A stretch of 64,000 nucleotides of DNA from Candidatus Dormiibacterota bacterium (GTDB taxonomy: Archaea > Thermoproteota > Bathyarchaeia > 40CM-2-53-6), in the NCBI GenBank assembly GCA_035637535.1, contig DASPWZ010000005.1, forward strand, positions 6,111-70,110. Reading direction: 5' to 3'. Below are positions 61,094-64,000 of this stretch, piece after piece. The notes beneath the pieces were generated by a model, which saw only the letters and a list, made by a program, of their open reading frames with translations, was not told where the DNA came from and ran no database searches. Numbering within the stretch: the stretch's first letter is position 1; every line of letters begins with the position of its first letter. The translations under genes were made by a program, and so were the position numbers.

Positions 61094-61642
61094 TTACCTC
61101 TCGGGAAGCTGTGCGACTCGGGGCATCAGGTTCTTGATGATGACTCTGATGCCCATGGTTGTGAGTCGGTAGGAGCCTTTGCCGACTCGTTCGACGAGTT
61201 GTTCGTTGCAAAGTTCGCTTAGCCTGCCTGCTACGGTGCCTGTTGAGCGTCCAGTGGTCTTGGTGATCTCGTCTAGTGACAGTGTGTCGCTCTCTTTCTT
61301 GCCCATTTGATGCTGTAGACGTGACCCTGCGAGATGGATCATCATGAGTTCCTTGTCTTTCAGTTCCCTCAAGTCCTTTAGAACGACCAAGCCTTCTGGA
61401 GAAACTGCGAGCACTCCAGTGCAGCTCTGAAGGAATTCTACACTGTCAACAGAGAGCACGAGTTTGGAGACGAGATCAATGGAAGGGTAGATTTTCGAGA
61501 AGTAGATGAGGAGTTCTCGCAGAACCGTTTCTGGACTGCCGATGATTCGATTCTCTACGCCTGAATGTTTTAGGACGACTTCTATGGCTGCGGCTGTTTC
61601 CTCAGGCTTCGCCTTACGCTCCAGTACTTCTAACCCTGACAT
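61094..61642 (-). CDS. Uncharacterised protein with C-terminal winged helix (paralog 2)
   Basis: 'IEVVLKHSG...IGSPETVLRE', SPEG, 'GTVAGRLSELCNEQLVER..GSYRLTTMG'. Confidence 0.8.
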   Translation of the reverse strand: MSGLEVLERKAKPEETAAAIEVVLKHSGVENRIIGSPETVLRELLIYFSKIYPSIDLVSKLVLSVDSVEFLQSCTGVLAVSPEGLVVLKDLRELKDKELMMIHLAGSRLQHQMGKKESDTLSLDEITKTTGRSTGTVAGRLSELCNEQLVERVGKGSYRLTTMGIRVIIKNLMPRVAQLPER

Positions 61643-61708
61643 TATTCTTCTTACCCGTGCTGTTCTCAGAGTCGAGATATAACGCTTTTCGGTCCCGAAG
61701 ATCGCATG

Positions 61709-61793
61709 ACAAGGTGTTACTTTCAGAGTTGGGAATGAAAGTGAAAGTATTTCGGCTCGAGATAGAAGTCGGGCGGAACCACAAGGTGTTACT
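61709..61793. repeat. 13-bp direct repeat ACAAGGTGTTACT (two copies, 72-bp period)
   Basis: Exact copies at 61709-61721 and 61781-61793 in a divergent promoter region. Confidence 0.75.
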
Positions 61794-61884
61794 CGAAGCC
61801 GGATATCGAATCTGCTAAGATGACCAGTGATTCCGAGACCGAACCTTCTTCTATCGGCTCGAGGAGTCCTTCAACCGGTCTGCA

Positions 61885-62133
61885 TTGGACTATAATGAGC
61901 TCAAGATAAGGGTCCTGAGTCTCTTTGAACCTTCAAACGATTTGGATAGTCAGAAGATCCGTGATCTACTCTCGGGCATGAAGGTCCAGCTGTCTGACAA
62001 AGCAGTCGAGATGGCTCTCCTACGATATTCAAGACAAGGCCTACTCGCCAGGACCCGACGATCCGGGAGATTCCATTACAAGATGACTGAGAAAGGATTA
62101 GCGCGCAAAATCTGGCTGTCTAAAACTAGGTAA
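61885..62133 (+). CDS. Small winged-helix protein (PaaX-N/PadR-like)
   Basis: 'AVEMALLRYSRQGLLAR...YKMTEKG'. Confidence 0.75.
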   Translation: MDYNELKIRVLSLFEPSNDLDSQKIRDLLSGMKVQLSDKAVEMALLRYSRQGLLARTRRSGRFHYKMTEKGLARKIWLSKTR

Positions 62134-62635
62134 TCTTCTGGAGGCGGGGGAGGATGTCGTTCTGGATCCACTGGACTCCAGCTCCTGAGAGGACGTAGTT
62201 TCCTCGTTCTGTTATGACCTTGCCTTCCCGTCGCAACTCGCTGATTCGGGCCCTAACGATACTCTCACCTGTAGTCTTCCATGACGAACTCAGCAGAGAG
62301 CTGAGGTCATCGTCTCCCAACGGTTTGGGGTGCATGGAGAACATTACTAGCGATATGGCTTCCTTCGCCGAGAGTGTATCGACGGGAACCGTGAGGTGGG
62401 GTTTTCCTTCGGAAGTAAACTCGACGATGCCCGCGATACCGACTGACTGTTCCGGAGTTGGAGTTGGACTGGCGGAGAATTGTGGCGTAATGACGAAGCT
62501 ACCTGTAGGCCCGAGGGACTTTTCCAGATCCTCAAACCGCTCTCTTACGTAATCGTGATCTCCTTCAAGCTCGACTTCAAAATCCCCCTTTCGGATTCTG
62601 AACCTCAGCTTCTTCTCCGAAGACAAGACCACCAC
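62126..62635 (-). CDS. Uncharacterised protein with C-terminal winged helix (paralog 3)
   Basis: 'KLRFRIRKGDFEVELEGD..YVRE', TSEG, LSAKE, 'VRARISELRREG..GNYVLSGAG'. Confidence 0.78.
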   Translation of the reverse strand: MVVLSSEKKLRFRIRKGDFEVELEGDHDYVRERFEDLEKSLGPTGSFVITPQFSASPTPTPEQSVGIAGIVEFTSEGKPHLTVPVDTLSAKEAISLVMFSMHPKPLGDDDLSSLLSSSWKTTGESIVRARISELRREGKVITERGNYVLSGAGVQWIQNDILPRLQKIT

Positions 62636-62748
62636 GATTCCTTTTCACGGTTCTAATTAGGGTTTATCGAATCTTAGAGTAATAATGGGCAGAGGGAGTT
62701 GAAGACATTTGAATATGAGCGGCCTCAGGGCGCAGTAGTCGAGCTCTT

Positions 62749-63261
62749 TTGGTGGATAATGGACCAGTAATTTTCATTGCCGAATTAGCTACGGTTATCG
62801 CCGGGTCTTGGCTCGTTTCGGAATTACTGATCCGGCTCGTTACGAGGGGCGCCAAGAGAGCGGGTGCATCCGCGGACCTAATTAGGAATGTTCGCGAGGG
62901 GCTGAGTATTCTCTGGGTTGTCTTCGTGGCCGCGTGGCTTGTCATTGTTCTGGGATTGGGGTCAATATTTTCTTTCTTGACTCTCTCTGGAATAGTAGGA
63001 TTAGCGATCTCGCTCGCGTTACAGAATACCCTGAGCAACATAATCTCAGGAATCCTAATACTGTCAGATGGGGTCCTACGACTCCACGATTCGGTCGAGT
63101 ATAGCGGAGTGGAAGGAAGGGTCGTAAAGATAGGTTTGAGGGCGACCTGGGTCAAGACGGACAGCGGTGATATCGCGATAATAAGCAACAACTATCTCGC
63201 GAACGGTCCCTTGGTAAACTTCACTGCCAGCGAACGTCTTGAGAGGAAGTTGCGCCTATGA
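62749..63261 (+). CDS. mscS: Small-conductance mechanosensitive channel (short MscS)
   Basis: Three TMs, GLAISLALQNTLSNIISG, G.V.KIGLRAT. Confidence 0.88.
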   Translation: MVDNGPVIFIAELATVIAGSWLVSELLIRLVTRGAKRAGASADLIRNVREGLSILWVVFVAAWLVIVLGLGSIFSFLTLSGIVGLAISLALQNTLSNIISGILILSDGVLRLHDSVEYSGVEGRVVKIGLRATWVKTDSGDIAIISNNYLANGPLVNFTASERLERKLRL

Positions 63262-63419
63262 TTTTGTCAGACTACTTCCATAGTGCCTAATTCCCACGCC
63301 CATACCCATCTTTGTCTGACGCGCTCTGGTCGGACATACAAGTTGTCCGAATATCTTACACGGAGAAAAACAAGGGAAGGGACAAACGACTCACCCAAGT
63401 CGCCCGTCCCATACTTTGG

Positions 63420-64000
63420 CTATAGGTGACTTACTAGTGGGCCTGCTGTCGGTTTCGTCCGTGGGTGGCGACGGCCTGGAGTTGGATTTGGCTCTGTGAA
63501 GGGTAGCGTCTGGAGGAACTGTGGCACCTGCCTTGCGTGTGTCACTGCTTCGAAGCCAGATGCTAGCTTGATCAAAGTTGGCTCACTGAAGGCTGTGCTG
63601 AAGAAAGATATTCCGACCGGGACGCCGAAGGTCATGCCCATCGGCACATTGATGTTAGGATAACCAACGATCGCCGGCGGCGACGAACTGCCGACCACAA
63701 AGTGGTCGCCGTTGATCAAGTCCGTCGGCCACGAAGGGTTATCCGTTGGGGCCACTATCGCGTCGAGATTGAATTCCTTCAAGAGCATGTCGATGCCCTC
63801 CGTGGCGCCAAACAGTATGTCCGCTGCGATTGCCTGATTGTACGACATCCCCAAGGGTTGTGTTGCGTTAGGGTCCGAGCTGAACGTCTCCGCGAGTTCG
63901 AAGATCTCTTGTCCAAAGAAGGGCATTTCTTGAACTGCATGAGCTGTGTTGAAGGCGATCAGATTCGCTAGTGTCCCGCTGGCCGTTGGCACGCCGGTCC
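63420..64000 (-). CDS. Amidase-signature family protein, C-terminal part (5' end outside the window)
   Basis: FGQEIFE, LDAIVAP, AIVGYPNINVP, PVGISF, SEPTLIKLA..FE. Confidence 0.85.
   Translation of the reverse strand, partial: TGVPTASGTLANLIAFNTAHAVQEMPFFGQEIFELAETFSSDPNATQPLGMSYNQAIAADILFGATEGIDMLLKEFNLDAIVAPTDNPSWPTDLINGDHFVVGSSSPPAIVGYPNINVPMGMTFGVPVGISFFSTAFSEPTLIKLASGFEAVTHARQVPQFLQTLPFTEPNPTPGRRHPRTKPTAGPLVSHL

Overview
64 kb of core chromosome from a TACK-group archaeon, most consistent with Bathyarchaeia. That placement is an inference from archaeal PheRS/TrpRS, type II GAPDH, PolB3-type polymerase, DnaG, SMC-ScpAB, multi-intron tRNAs, an unlinked 5S rRNA and KaiC-like ATPases. Contents: Fe-S scaffold genes with a Cys-rich HTH regulator; 2-oxoacid:ferredoxin oxidoreductase; a divergent PAN-like AAA+ ATPase; a Paa-like acyl-CoA catabolic cluster around an uncharacterised di-iron protein; a split MetE/MetF operon with a divergent HTH-CBS regulator and visible operators; an apparently proofreading-dead PolB; smc-scpAB; and a NurA-HerA pair without mre11/rad50 behind paralogous winged-helix genes. 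Both tRNAs (Glu, Trp) appear to carry three introns. Several genes seem to start at ACG or CTG, and some small ORFs below the track cutoff look real. No CRISPR array, transposase or integrase was seen. All calls come from reading motifs by eye; no database searches were run.
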